A DNA stretch of 64,000 nucleotides from an uncultured Candidatus Saccharibacteria bacterium (GTDB lineage Bacteria; Patescibacteriota; Minisyncoccia; Phycocordibacterales; UBA5272). Of this stretch, positions 56,560-64,000 are shown in pieces (positions within the stretch are counted from its first letter, which is position 1; each line of letters begins with the position of its first letter). The stretch covers positions 40,319-104,318 of the forward strand of contig CAZFBW010000001.1 of assembly GCA_964517625.1 (NCBI GenBank), written 5' to 3'. The position numbers and the translations under genes are program-made. Below the pieces are notes generated by a model, which did no database searches, had not been told where the DNA came from, and saw nothing but the letters and a program-made list of their open reading frames with translations.

Positions 56560-57060
56560 TTACTTTCCTCTGTGTGCTTTTTCTGATTCGGCGAGTACTT
56601 GTTTTTCTTCTTCAGATAAATCGTATTCGCTTTTGTAATGTGCGATTGGCTTAGCGTAGGTGACAACACGGTCGCGATGGTGAAGGGAAGAGATGATTGC
56701 ACCGTTACCTTGTTCATTAACAAGTGCGATTGAAAAGCTTTGATTGGATGTTCCGCTATCGAATGCTTTGAAACGAAGAAGAGAAACATTACGCACAGCA
56801 TGTGTTAATCGTTCATCTAACTTAACTGCATGGTCACCGAGTAGTTCATCATGTTTTTCTAGTTCTTCTATTTTGTTGATGCATTCGCGGATGAGTGGTT
56901 CAAGCGATTCTGCTTTTGAACCTTTAAATAGTTTGCGAAGTTTTATGATAAGGAAAATGTTAGCGATAAGAAGGAAAACCGTTGTCAGTAAAAGGCTAAG
57001 CGGGAGATACGGTGAGGAAATATAAGGGAGAATCACTTGCATGAAAAGAGTGTACCACAA
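56560..57060 (-). CDS. Hypothetical membrane-anchored coiled-coil protein sitting upstream of infB where nusA usually lies
   Basis: 166 aa, with an N-terminal TM helix. Confidence 0.45.
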   Translation of the reverse strand: MWYTLFMQVILPYISSPYLPLSLLLTTVFLLIANIFLIIKLRKLFKGSKAESLEPLIRECINKIEELEKHDELLGDHAVKLDERLTHAVRNVSLLRFKAFDSGTSNQSFSIALVNEQGNGAIISSLHHRDRVVTYAKPIAHYKSEYDLSEEEKQVLAESEKAHRGK

Positions 57061-57103
57061 AAAAATGCTGTTATCCCCAGTAATTAAAGGGTATATAGGG
57101 GTA

Positions 57104-57131
57104 TTGACAAAAGTTTCATATGTGCTATACT
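57104..57131 (+). promoter_or_regulatory. Sigma70 promoter TTGACA-16-TATACT driving the GC-rich micro-ORF island
   Basis: Consensus hexamers; the transcript would start at about 57138. Confidence 0.6.
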
Positions 57132-57180
57132 GGTCTTTGTATCACCCGTGTCCAACTACCAAACAAGGAGGTAAACACCA

Positions 57181-57264
57181 GTGAATCCCCGTTCGTTCAA
57201 CCGGGCCACGATGCCCAAATACATGTCGAATACCTCGTCGCCGGCCGCCGGCTTCGCCGCCTAG
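57181..57264 (+). CDS. Candidate micro-ORF A (27 aa, GTG start: MNPRSFNRATMPKYMSNTSSPAAGFAA)
   Basis: Strong Shine-Dalgarno site AGGAGGT 8 nt upstream, inside an island of about 65% GC. Confidence 0.25.
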   Translation: MNPRSFNRATMPKYMSNTSSPAAGFAA

Positions 57265-57301
57265 GTCCAGGACCGCGGCGTCGCCAACAAAGGAGGTGCA
57301 C

Positions 57302-57388
57302 ATGCACCGCAACCCGCCCATCCGGAGCAACCGCGCCGTTACGGTCGGCGTATGGGGCTCCGGAAGCCAACCGACCAAGTGGGGCTAA
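57302..57388 (+). CDS. Candidate micro-ORF B (28 aa: MHRNPPIRSNRAVTVGVWGSGSQPTKWG)
   Basis: Strong Shine-Dalgarno site AGGAGGT 4 nt upstream of the ATG. It is followed by about 170 nt of GC-rich hairpins and a terminator (gcgctatt-aaaaa-atagcgc) at about 57540..57565. Confidence 0.25.
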   Translation: MHRNPPIRSNRAVTVGVWGSGSQPTKWG

Positions 57389-57838
57389 GGACGCCCTAAG
57401 TTCGCCCTCAACGCCCCGGCTCGCCAGAGCCCGCGTCCCGCGTCAACGGCAGCCGCGCACAGTTGCGCGACCGCCACGCCAGGCAAGGTGCGAGCACGAC
57501 GCTCGCCCTTCGGGATTGCCGGCCAATCGCCGGGCTTCATCGCGCTATTAAAAAATAGCGCAAAAGAAAGGAGTCGAAAAGAACGACTGACAACCTACCC
57601 TCTAACCTTCTAGGTACTGAGGAAGGCTGGTGGGGCGAAAGCCCTTTACGCGAAACGCTTGCAGCGTACTGCACCCGCCTGAGGGTGAACAGGTACTTAG
57701 AAATGACGACGACATGTCTCAAACACCGCCCCCGGTTCCGCAAGGACCCGGGGGCTAAATATTTCTATACCAAGTATTTATATTTTCTAAAGTCTGAAAT
57801 CTAATGTCTAACTTTTATTTTCATGCTAGAGTTTAGGT

Positions 57839-59092
57839 ATGATTTCTTTTCTTAAAGACTTTCTCAAAAAAGAAAAACGCGTCTACCTTGATTACGCAGG
57901 AGCAACACCGATAAGTGAGAATGTATCGCGTGCGCTTGCTTCATCGCTTTTATTGTATGGTAATCCGTCCGCCATTCACCACGAAGGTGATGTTGCCTCG
58001 CGGGTTTTAGGTAAGGCGCGCGCCATGTGTGCCGGCACGCTTAATGCGCACGCGTATGAGATATATTTTGTTGGAAGCGGAACTGAGAGTTGTAATCTCG
58101 CTGTTTTGGGTACCTATGCAGGGTATGAAGGAAAAATTATTCCACACATTATAACAACAGTGATTGAACATCCGGCCGTTCTTGAACCAATTCGCAAACT
58201 TGAGAAAGAGGGGAAGATTCGTGTGACATATTTACCGGTGTATGAAGACGGGATTGTAAAACTGCATGACCTACGTGATGCGCTGTGCGAAGAAACAATT
58301 CTCGTAAGTGTGATGTATGCAAATAACGAAATCGGAACCATTCAACCAGTGAAAGAAATTGGGCGCGCACTTGATGAATGGAAAGACAACTGCGGGCGTG
58401 CTCACACCGAGTATCCGTATTTTCATATTGACGCATGCCAAGCAGTAAATTACTGTAACCTTGACGTTGTGCGACTTCGTGCGCACATGATGACGGTAAA
58501 TAGTAGTAAATGTTATGGTCCAAAAGGAATTGCGCTGTTGTATAAAAAAGAAGGATGTCGCATTGGGCCAGTGTCGTTTGGTGGAGGACAGGAACGTGGC
58601 CTTCGAAGTGGAACTGAATCTGTAGCGCTTGCGTATGCATTTGCGGTTGCACTTACCGAAGCATTTGAAATAAAAGAAAAAGAAGCTACTCGTTTACGCG
58701 AGATTCGCGACTATTGTCGTGATGAACTTGTGAAAGAAATTCCCGAAGTGACAATCTACGGAGCGTGGGACACGTACAAGCAACAAGCAAATAGCAACAA
58801 GCAAATAAAGGAAGAGAAGAGGTTGCCAAACAATATCAATTGTCGTGTACCAGGGATTCCAAGCGATGAAATGATTTTACGATTGGATGCTAAAGGATTT
58901 GCGGTGTCGCATAAGTCCGCATGCGCATCATCAGAAACCGATGGAAGCTATGTGATTGAATCACTCGGTGCTAGTAAACAAGAAGCATTAGAGAATGTGC
59001 GTATCACGCTTGGGCGAGAAACAACAAAGTCGGATATACTGGGTCTTATCTCTGCAATGAAAGATATTAAAGAACGATTTGCAACAAAATAA
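57839..59092 (+). CDS. Cysteine desulfurase (class V aminotransferase, NifS/IscS-like)
   Basis: PLP-dependent fold with the catalytic lysine region (…MTVNSSKCYGPKG…). Confidence 0.8.
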   Translation: MISFLKDFLKKEKRVYLDYAGATPISENVSRALASSLLLYGNPSAIHHEGDVASRVLGKARAMCAGTLNAHAYEIYFVGSGTESCNLAVLGTYAGYEGKIIPHIITTVIEHPAVLEPIRKLEKEGKIRVTYLPVYEDGIVKLHDLRDALCEETILVSVMYANNEIGTIQPVKEIGRALDEWKDNCGRAHTEYPYFHIDACQAVNYCNLDVVRLRAHMMTVNSSKCYGPKGIALLYKKEGCRIGPVSFGGGQERGLRSGTESVALAYAFAVALTEAFEIKEKEATRLREIRDYCRDELVKEIPEVTIYGAWDTYKQQANSNKQIKEEKRLPNNINCRVPGIPSDEMILRLDAKGFAVSHKSACASSETDGSYVIESLGASKQEALENVRITLGRETTKSDILGLISAMKDIKERFATK

Positions 59093-59124
59093 TCAACAAT
59101 TACTAAATCAAAAACCAACTATAT

Positions 59125-59712
59125 ATGTACGAACCAAATTACAAAGCACAGGATTTTAGCCGATTGCTAGGCACGGAAGGGATGAGCGATACGCTTTTAA
59201 ATAATCACTTTACCCTCTATCAAGGATACGTGGCCCAAACTAACAAATTGATTTCTGAGATGAAGACAAAAGAGGTAGGCACACCAGAGTTCAATGAACT
59301 TCATCGTCGGTTTGGTTGGGAGTGGAACGGCATGCGACTTCATGAGCTCTATTTTGAAAATATAACAAAAGGAGGACATGCACTGTCAGATGGTGAAATG
59401 AAAAAGATTTTAGACGCAGTGTGGGGAAGCGTTGAAAACTGGCAGAAAGATTTTGTAGGAATTGGTGCGATGCGCGGAATTGGTTGGGCAGTGCTCGCAC
59501 TTGATATGAAATCGCATATGGTGTTTAACACGTGGATTAATGAACATGATGCGGGGCACTTGGCGGGTGCTGTTCCGCTTTTGGTGATGGATGTATTTGA
59601 ACATGCATACATTACGGATTACGGCATCAAGCGCGCAGACTACATTGCAAGCTTCATGAAAGCTCTTGATTGGTCTGTTGTCGAAAAAAGACTCGCAGAC
59701 GCGATGAAATAG
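59125..59712 (+). CDS. sod: Fe/Mn-family superoxide dismutase
   Basis: C-terminal DVFEHAYITDY motif (metal ligands D/H) and an N-terminal alpha-hairpin domain. Confidence 0.7.
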   Translation: MYEPNYKAQDFSRLLGTEGMSDTLLNNHFTLYQGYVAQTNKLISEMKTKEVGTPEFNELHRRFGWEWNGMRLHELYFENITKGGHALSDGEMKKILDAVWGSVENWQKDFVGIGAMRGIGWAVLALDMKSHMVFNTWINEHDAGHLAGAVPLLVMDVFEHAYITDYGIKRADYIASFMKALDWSVVEKRLADAMK

Positions 59713-59754
59713 GGGGGAGATTGCTCCATGAGATGGTTCACCTATCTCATGGGG

Positions 59755-59782
59755 TTGACAAAATCTGTGGAACTGCTATACT
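59755..59782 (+). promoter_or_regulatory. Sigma70 promoter TTGACA-16-TATACT for a non-coding RNA
   Basis: Consensus hexamers with no ORF downstream. Confidence 0.6.
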
Positions 59783-59788
59783 GAACTT

Positions 59789-60023
59789 CCTCCCTGAACA
59801 TTTGTTCTTAAAGTTTTAGTTCAGGCGCGGGAAGGGTTGCTAGCAGAATATCGCTAGTTAACGCGAGTAGCATCAACCCTTCGGGGAGTCCTCCTTTGAA
59901 ACAGGTTGGAGGTCTCACCCTTTGAGAGAGTAATCACAAAGCGGCCGGGGTCATCAGCAGAAACACGCTGCGCCAGACCCCAACAGCAACACCCCCTCGA
60001 CCTTCACCGGCCGAGGGGTTTTT
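59789..60023 (+). ncRNA. Structured non-coding RNA of about 235 nt (unclassified; SRP RNA is one candidate)
   Basis: It has its own promoter and an intrinsic terminator (cccctcg…cgagggg plus T-run at about 59993..60023). It is GC-rich with multiple hairpins, including a UUCG tetraloop (cccttcgggg), a ctagc/gctag stem, and a GGAAGG…AGCAG motif reminiscent of SRP RNA helix 8. Confidence 0.45.
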
Positions 60024-60189
60024 CATTTGACAAGGTGCGCTATTTTATATAGAACTTATATATACCGTAGCGATTGATTATCCACCACGATTGAACGACC
60101 GAATTCCTGCTACACTGTTAATGTATTTGAACATATTTTGGTTTCGTATTTACTAGTCCCTAGTTACTAATTCCTATCAACCTATCTAC

Positions 60190-62889
60190 ATGCCTCCAGC
60201 ATTTAATAATTTCACCACCAAAGCCAAAGAAGTAATCCGTCGCGCACACGAACTCGCAATTGAACGCGGACAAAATCAGGTAAGCCCGCTTCATCTTTTG
60301 GGCGCGCTTTTGACGCAAGAAGATTCAATCGTTTTAGCACTTTTGGAAAAACTTGATATTGATATCACACACCTTACTGACACAGTTGCGGATGCAATTG
60401 AAATTCCTGGTGCGACTTCCACCATGGCACCGTCATATCAGATGTATTTGACGCCAGAGCTTGCACAAGTTTTGGAACATTCACTTGTTGTTGCAAAACA
60501 GTTGAATGAAGAATTTGTTTCAACAGAGCACCTCTTTTTGTCACTCATTGAAACCTCTGGTCCTGCACGCGAAGTGCTCGCGCGATTTAGAATTGACAAA
60601 GGTGAAGCAATTCACGTCTTGGAAGAATTGCGTGCAAATAATATTACAGAGTCGCAGGGTCCAAAGAAAAACAAAGCGCTCGTTAAATATACACGCAACT
60701 TTACTGACCTTGCTCGGGCTGATAAGTTAGATCCAGTAATTGGTCGCGACACAGAAATCATGCGCCTCATGCAAATTCTTTCTCGTCGCACAAAAAACAA
60801 TCCGATTTTAATTGGAGAAGCAGGAACCGGTAAAACAGCAGTAGTAGAAGGACTCGCAATTCGTATGGCAAAGGGAGATGTGCCAGAGAGTTTGAAAGGA
60901 AAGGAACTCGTGTCGCTTGATCTTGGCATGCTCATTGCCGGAACGAAATTCCGTGGAGAATTTGAAGAGAGACTTAAAGCAATCATGAAGGAAATTGAAC
61001 GTTCCGAAGGCGGTATCATTCTTTTCATTGATGAAATTCACACCATTGTTGGTGCAGGACAAGCAGAAGGCTCAGCTGATGCGGCAAATCTACTCAAGCC
61101 TGCACTTTCACGCGGAGAACTTCGCGCAATCGGCGCAACAACCATTAAGGAATATCAGAAACACATTGAAAAAGACCCAGCACTTGCTCGTCGTTTCCAA
61201 CCAGTACTCATTGAAGAGCCATCTGAAGAAGACGCGCTTGCAATTATGCGTGGACTTAAGGAAAAATACGAACTCTTCCACGGTGTGCGCATCACCGATG
61301 ATGCACTCGTTGCGTCCGTGCACCTCTCAACACGTTACATTACGTCACGTTACTTGCCGGATAAGGCAATTGACTTGATGGATGAAGCGGCGTCGTCACT
61401 TCGCATCTCACTTGAAAACAAGCCACCGGTCTTGGATGAAGCGCATCGTAAGATTATGCGTCTTGAAATTGAGAAAGAAGCAGTCAGTAAAGATTTGATT
61501 GCAAATGAAGATACAGGAGAAGTTGCGTCTGCGAAAAAGCGTATTAAAGCAATTGAAGAAGAGATTGCAAACGTGAAAGAACGTACGCATGAACTTGAAC
61601 TCAAGTGGGAAAATGAAAAGAAAATCTTAAGTGACATCGGTGAAATTAAAAAGTCGCTCGAATCACTTCGTACCGAAGCAGACAATGCTGAACTTCGCGC
61701 TGATTTGACCAAAGTTGCAGAAATTCGTTATGGTCAAATTCCAGAACTCACCAAGCAGTTAAATGAACGCCTTGAAAAGTTGCGTAAGATTCAAAAATCT
61801 CGTCGCATTTTACGTGAAGAAATTACCGAAGAAGATATCGCTTCCGTGGTTTCTCGCTGGACCGGTATTCCTGTAATGAGAATGCTTGAAGAAGAACAGG
61901 ACAAATTAACGCGTATGGAAGAAGAACTCGGTAAACGCGTGATTGGTCAGCGACAAGCAATTGAGAAAGTCTCCGATGCTGTTCGTCGTTCTCGTGCTGG
62001 TATTAATGATCCAAGTCGACCGATTGGTTCTTTTATGTTTCTTGGTCCAACAGGTGTTGGTAAGACAGAACTCACTAAAGCACTTGCCGAGTTTATGTTT
62101 AATGACGATAAGGCGCTCATTAAAGTTGATATGAGTGAATACATGGAGAAGCATAGTATCTCTAAACTTATTGGTTCACCCCCAGGATATGTTGGCTATG
62201 ATGAATCCGGGCAGTTGTCAGAAGCGGTACGTCATCGACCGTATGCGGTGATTTTGTTCGACGAGGTTGAAAAAGCGCATCCCGAAGTATTTAACTTGCT
62301 TCTCCAGGTGCTTGATGAAGGACGTTTAACTGACAGTAAGGGGCGCGTTGTTAACTTCAAGAATACGATTATCATTATGACGTCAAACATTGGTAGTCAG
62401 TACATTCAGAAGATGGAACAAATCGGTTTTGGTAATAATGAAACTGATAGTGAGTACATGCAAGTGAAAGAACGTGTCATGGAAGCGCTCAAAGATTTCT
62501 TTAAGCCAGAATTTTTGAATCGTTTGGACGATACGATTATCTTCGACGTGCTCTCAAAGAGTGAAATCAAACACATCGTTTCACTTCAAATTGAAATTCT
62601 TGCAAAGCGTCTTTTGGAAAAAGAAATCACGCTTAAGGTGACTGATGATGTGCTCGCACTTGTTGCAGACAAGTCATTTGATCCACACTATGGCGCTCGT
62701 CCAATTAAGCGCTATGTACAAACAACAATCTTAAACAAAATTGCAACGCTTATGCTTGCAAAGAAGTTCGTAAAAGGTGGTATTGCAGAAGTTTCGGTGA
62801 ACAAGAAAGGGGAGATTGAAGTGGTTGCAAAGCGCCCAGAAAAAATCCCAAGCCTGCTCACTAAACGGGAAGTTGTAGCGAAGAAATAA
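60190..62889 (+). CDS. clpB: Chaperone ClpB (Hsp100)
   Basis: Two AAA+ modules ([18 protein letters not shown]) and the middle coiled-coil domain; 899 aa. Terminator at 62907..62936. Confidence 0.9.
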   Translation: MPPAFNNFTTKAKEVIRRAHELAIERGQNQVSPLHLLGALLTQEDSIVLALLEKLDIDITHLTDTVADAIEIPGATSTMAPSYQMYLTPELAQVLEHSLVVAKQLNEEFVSTEHLFLSLIETSGPAREVLARFRIDKGEAIHVLEELRANNITESQGPKKNKALVKYTRNFTDLARADKLDPVIGRDTEIMRLMQILSRRTKNNPILIGEAGTGKTAVVEGLAIRMAKGDVPESLKGKELVSLDLGMLIAGTKFRGEFEERLKAIMKEIERSEGGIILFIDEIHTIVGAGQAEGSADAANLLKPALSRGELRAIGATTIKEYQKHIEKDPALARRFQPVLIEEPSEEDALAIMRGLKEKYELFHGVRITDDALVASVHLSTRYITSRYLPDKAIDLMDEAASSLRISLENKPPVLDEAHRKIMRLEIEKEAVSKDLIANEDTGEVASAKKRIKAIEEEIANVKERTHELELKWENEKKILSDIGEIKKSLESLRTEADNAELRADLTKVAEIRYGQIPELTKQLNERLEKLRKIQKSRRILREEITEEDIASVVSRWTGIPVMRMLEEEQDKLTRMEEELGKRVIGQRQAIEKVSDAVRRSRAGINDPSRPIGSFMFLGPTGVGKTELTKALAEFMFNDDKALIKVDMSEYMEKHSISKLIGSPPGYVGYDESGQLSEAVRHRPYAVILFDEVEKAHPEVFNLLLQVLDEGRLTDSKGRVVNFKNTIIIMTSNIGSQYIQKMEQIGFGNNETDSEYMQVKERVMEALKDFFKPEFLNRLDDTIIFDVLSKSEIKHIVSLQIEILAKRLLEKEITLKVTDDVLALVADKSFDPHYGARPIKRYVQTTILNKIATLMLAKKFVKGGIAEVSVNKKGEIEVVAKRPEKIPSLLTKREVVAKK

Positions 62890-62975
62890 TGAAAAAGAAT
62901 TAGAACAAAAGTGGTGCCTACGGCGCCACTTTTGTATTCACAAACAAGTAATTTTATGGTAAGATACCGTAATTC

Positions 62976-63059
62976 GCGTCGGTGGTGGAGTGGTCAATCA
63001 CAACAGACTGTAAATCTGTCGCCCTTAGGGCTTCGAAGGTTCAAATCCTTCCCGGCGCA
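62976..63059 (+). tRNA. tRNA-Tyr (anticodon GUA), type II, with an encoded CCA
   Basis: Acceptor GCGUCGG/CCGGCGC, A73 then CCA, anticodon stem ACAGA/UCUGU with loop CUGUAAA, long variable arm, T-arm GAAGG-TTCAAAT-CCTTC. Terminator at 63063..63090. Confidence 0.85.
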
Positions 63060-63092
63060 CCAAGAAAAATACCCATCAGGGTATTTTTTAAT

Positions 63093-63198
63093 GCCGGGAA
63101 GGATTTGAACCGAAGGCGACATATTTTCTTAACCTGTAATCAGGTTGTAGAAAATACAAGTCTCGAGCGTAGCAACGCGAGAGGCAAATCTTTCCCCC
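63093..63198 (+). repeat. Composite tRNA-associated element (Tyr copy): inverted 19-nt copy of the tRNA-Tyr 3' end, the conserved core with a covarying hairpin, then a degenerate direct copy of the tRNA 3' end
   Basis: 63093..63111 is the reverse complement of GGTTCAAATCCTTCCCGGC. The core is 52/57 identical to the Leu copy. The hairpin taacctg-taat-caggttg covaries with Leu's tagactg-taat-cagtctg. 63185..63198 (caaatctttccccc) resembles CAAATCCTTCCCGG. Confidence 0.8.
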
Positions 63199-63249
63199 AC
63201 AAACTTTTCTCTTTTTTGGTATACTAAATTTACTTGTAAAGCACAGGTT

Positions 63250-64000
63250 ATGGCCCACGTAGAAACTTCTATTTATTGGATTGAGACTGACAAAATTGTT
63301 CCGAATCCGTTTCAACCACGGCGCGAATTTGACGAGCAACGACTTCGCGAATTAGCCGAGAGTATTCGCCAGTACGGCGTGCTTCAACCACTCGTCGTTT
63401 CTCGTGTTGAAAAAGAACTTCCCGATGGTGGTATTAGGGTTGAATATGAATTGATTGCGGGTGAGCGCAGACTCCGTGCGTCAAAACTTGCAGGCGTTCT
63501 TTCTGTGCCGGTTGTTGTGCGTACAGGGGACGATAGTCGCACTAAACTTGAACTGGCTATTATTGAAAACCTCCAACGAGAAAACTTAAACCCAGTTGAA
63601 CGTGCACGTTCATTTCAGCGCTTGGCGGATGAATTTAAATTAAGTTGGGCAGAAGTGGGAAGAAAAATGGGAAAGTCGCGCGAATATGTTTCTAATACCG
63701 TTCGCATCCTTATGCTTCCGCAGGATATTTTGGACGCTCTTTCTCGTGGAGAAATAAGCGAAGGCCACACACGCCCGCTTCTTATGCTCATTGATAAGCC
63801 TGCTGAGCAAATGACACTGTTTAAGGAAATGATGGTGCGCAAGATGACAGTGCGCGAAGCAGAACAAATTGCGCGCAGAATCGCGTTTGAAAAAGTTCGT
63901 AAAAAGGATCATTTTATGACACCGGAAGTGGTGGAAATGGAAGAAAAAATTGCAGAAACACTCGGTACGCGTGTGCAGATTGAACCACGCGAACGAGGGG
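63250..64000 (+). CDS. parB: Chromosome partitioning protein ParB (Spo0J), N-terminal 250 aa; continues beyond the window
   Basis: ParB box GERRLRAS and HTH region; the ORF is open to the window end. Not in the ORF track because no stop falls inside the window. Confidence 0.85.
   Translation, partial: MAHVETSIYWIETDKIVPNPFQPRREFDEQRLRELAESIRQYGVLQPLVVSRVEKELPDGGIRVEYELIAGERRLRASKLAGVLSVPVVVRTGDDSRTKLELAIIENLQRENLNPVERARSFQRLADEFKLSWAEVGRKMGKSREYVSNTVRILMLPQDILDALSRGEISEGHTRPLLMLIDKPAEQMTLFKEMMVRKMTVREAEQIARRIAFEKVRKKDHFMTPEVVEMEEKIAETLGTRVQIEPRERG

Noticed and set aside
57120-57551. 143-aa Arg/Pro-rich ORF (and the minus-strand 57142..57378 ORF) across the GC-rich non-coding island
   Set aside because: Composition-driven open frame: it would start inside the promoter, has no Shine-Dalgarno site, and is extremely R/P/A biased. 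The region reads better as micro-ORFs plus structured RNA.
57389-57760. RNase P RNA or tmRNA in the GC-rich non-coding island
   Set aside because: There is no GGAAAGUCCGG/ACAGAA P4 motif, no tRNA-like 3' end with a T-loop plus CCA, and no tag-peptide frame ending in ALAA.
1-64000. CRISPR arrays, rRNA genes, transposase or integrase genes
   Set aside because: I saw no regularly spaced direct repeats, no rRNA-like conserved segments, and no ORF with recombinase or transposase motifs. The tRNA-associated repeats therefore lack an obvious cognate integrase in this window.

Overview
This is a compact, low-GC (about 40%) bacterial chromosomal segment, densely packed with housekeeping genes on both strands. 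They include lepA (partial), valS, glmS, secA, murF-murB, mscL, a fatty-acid desaturase, a DEAD-box helicase, rpoB-rpoC, dnaG, rpoD, obg, gatB, miaA, infB-rbfA, a cysteine desulfurase, sod, clpB and parB (partial). The short ValRS and IF2, the lysine-rich N-terminal tails, the many consensus sigma70 promoters (often placed for leaderless mRNAs) and the small genes suggest a reduced-genome lineage; Patescibacteria-like is my inference. The standard genetic code is used. I fold eight tRNA genes by hand: Arg-CCU, Phe-GAA, Glu-CUC, Ser-GCU, Ser-CGA, Leu-CAA, Tyr-GUA, and a type-II Ser-like tRNA with an apparent ACU anticodon. The most striking signal is that most of these tRNAs are followed by copies of their own 3' ends. 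At tRNA-Arg, tRNA-Leu and tRNA-Tyr the same composite structure recurs: the tRNA, a terminator hairpin, an inverted copy of the tRNA 3' end starting in the T-loop, a roughly 55-60 bp core with conserved boxes, and then a direct copy of the tRNA 3' end. In the Leu and Tyr copies the core contains a hairpin with compensatory base changes. I believe this is an undescribed tRNA-associated element or RNA family. Phe, Glu and Ser-CGA carry decayed versions. Three strongly GC-rich islands (55-65% GC) sit in the AT-rich background: a 292-aa gene, a 556-aa gene, and a 600-bp non-coding island with two micro-ORFs that have strong Shine-Dalgarno sites. There is also one very AT-rich gene next to tRNA-Glu. 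Other notable items are a secreted protein with about 35% tyrosine, a bacterial SET-domain protein, a lysine-rich histone-H1-like N-terminus on sigma-70, a 20-bp perfect inverted repeat, and a roughly 235-nt structured ncRNA candidate. I found no CRISPR array, rRNA, transposase or integrase gene.
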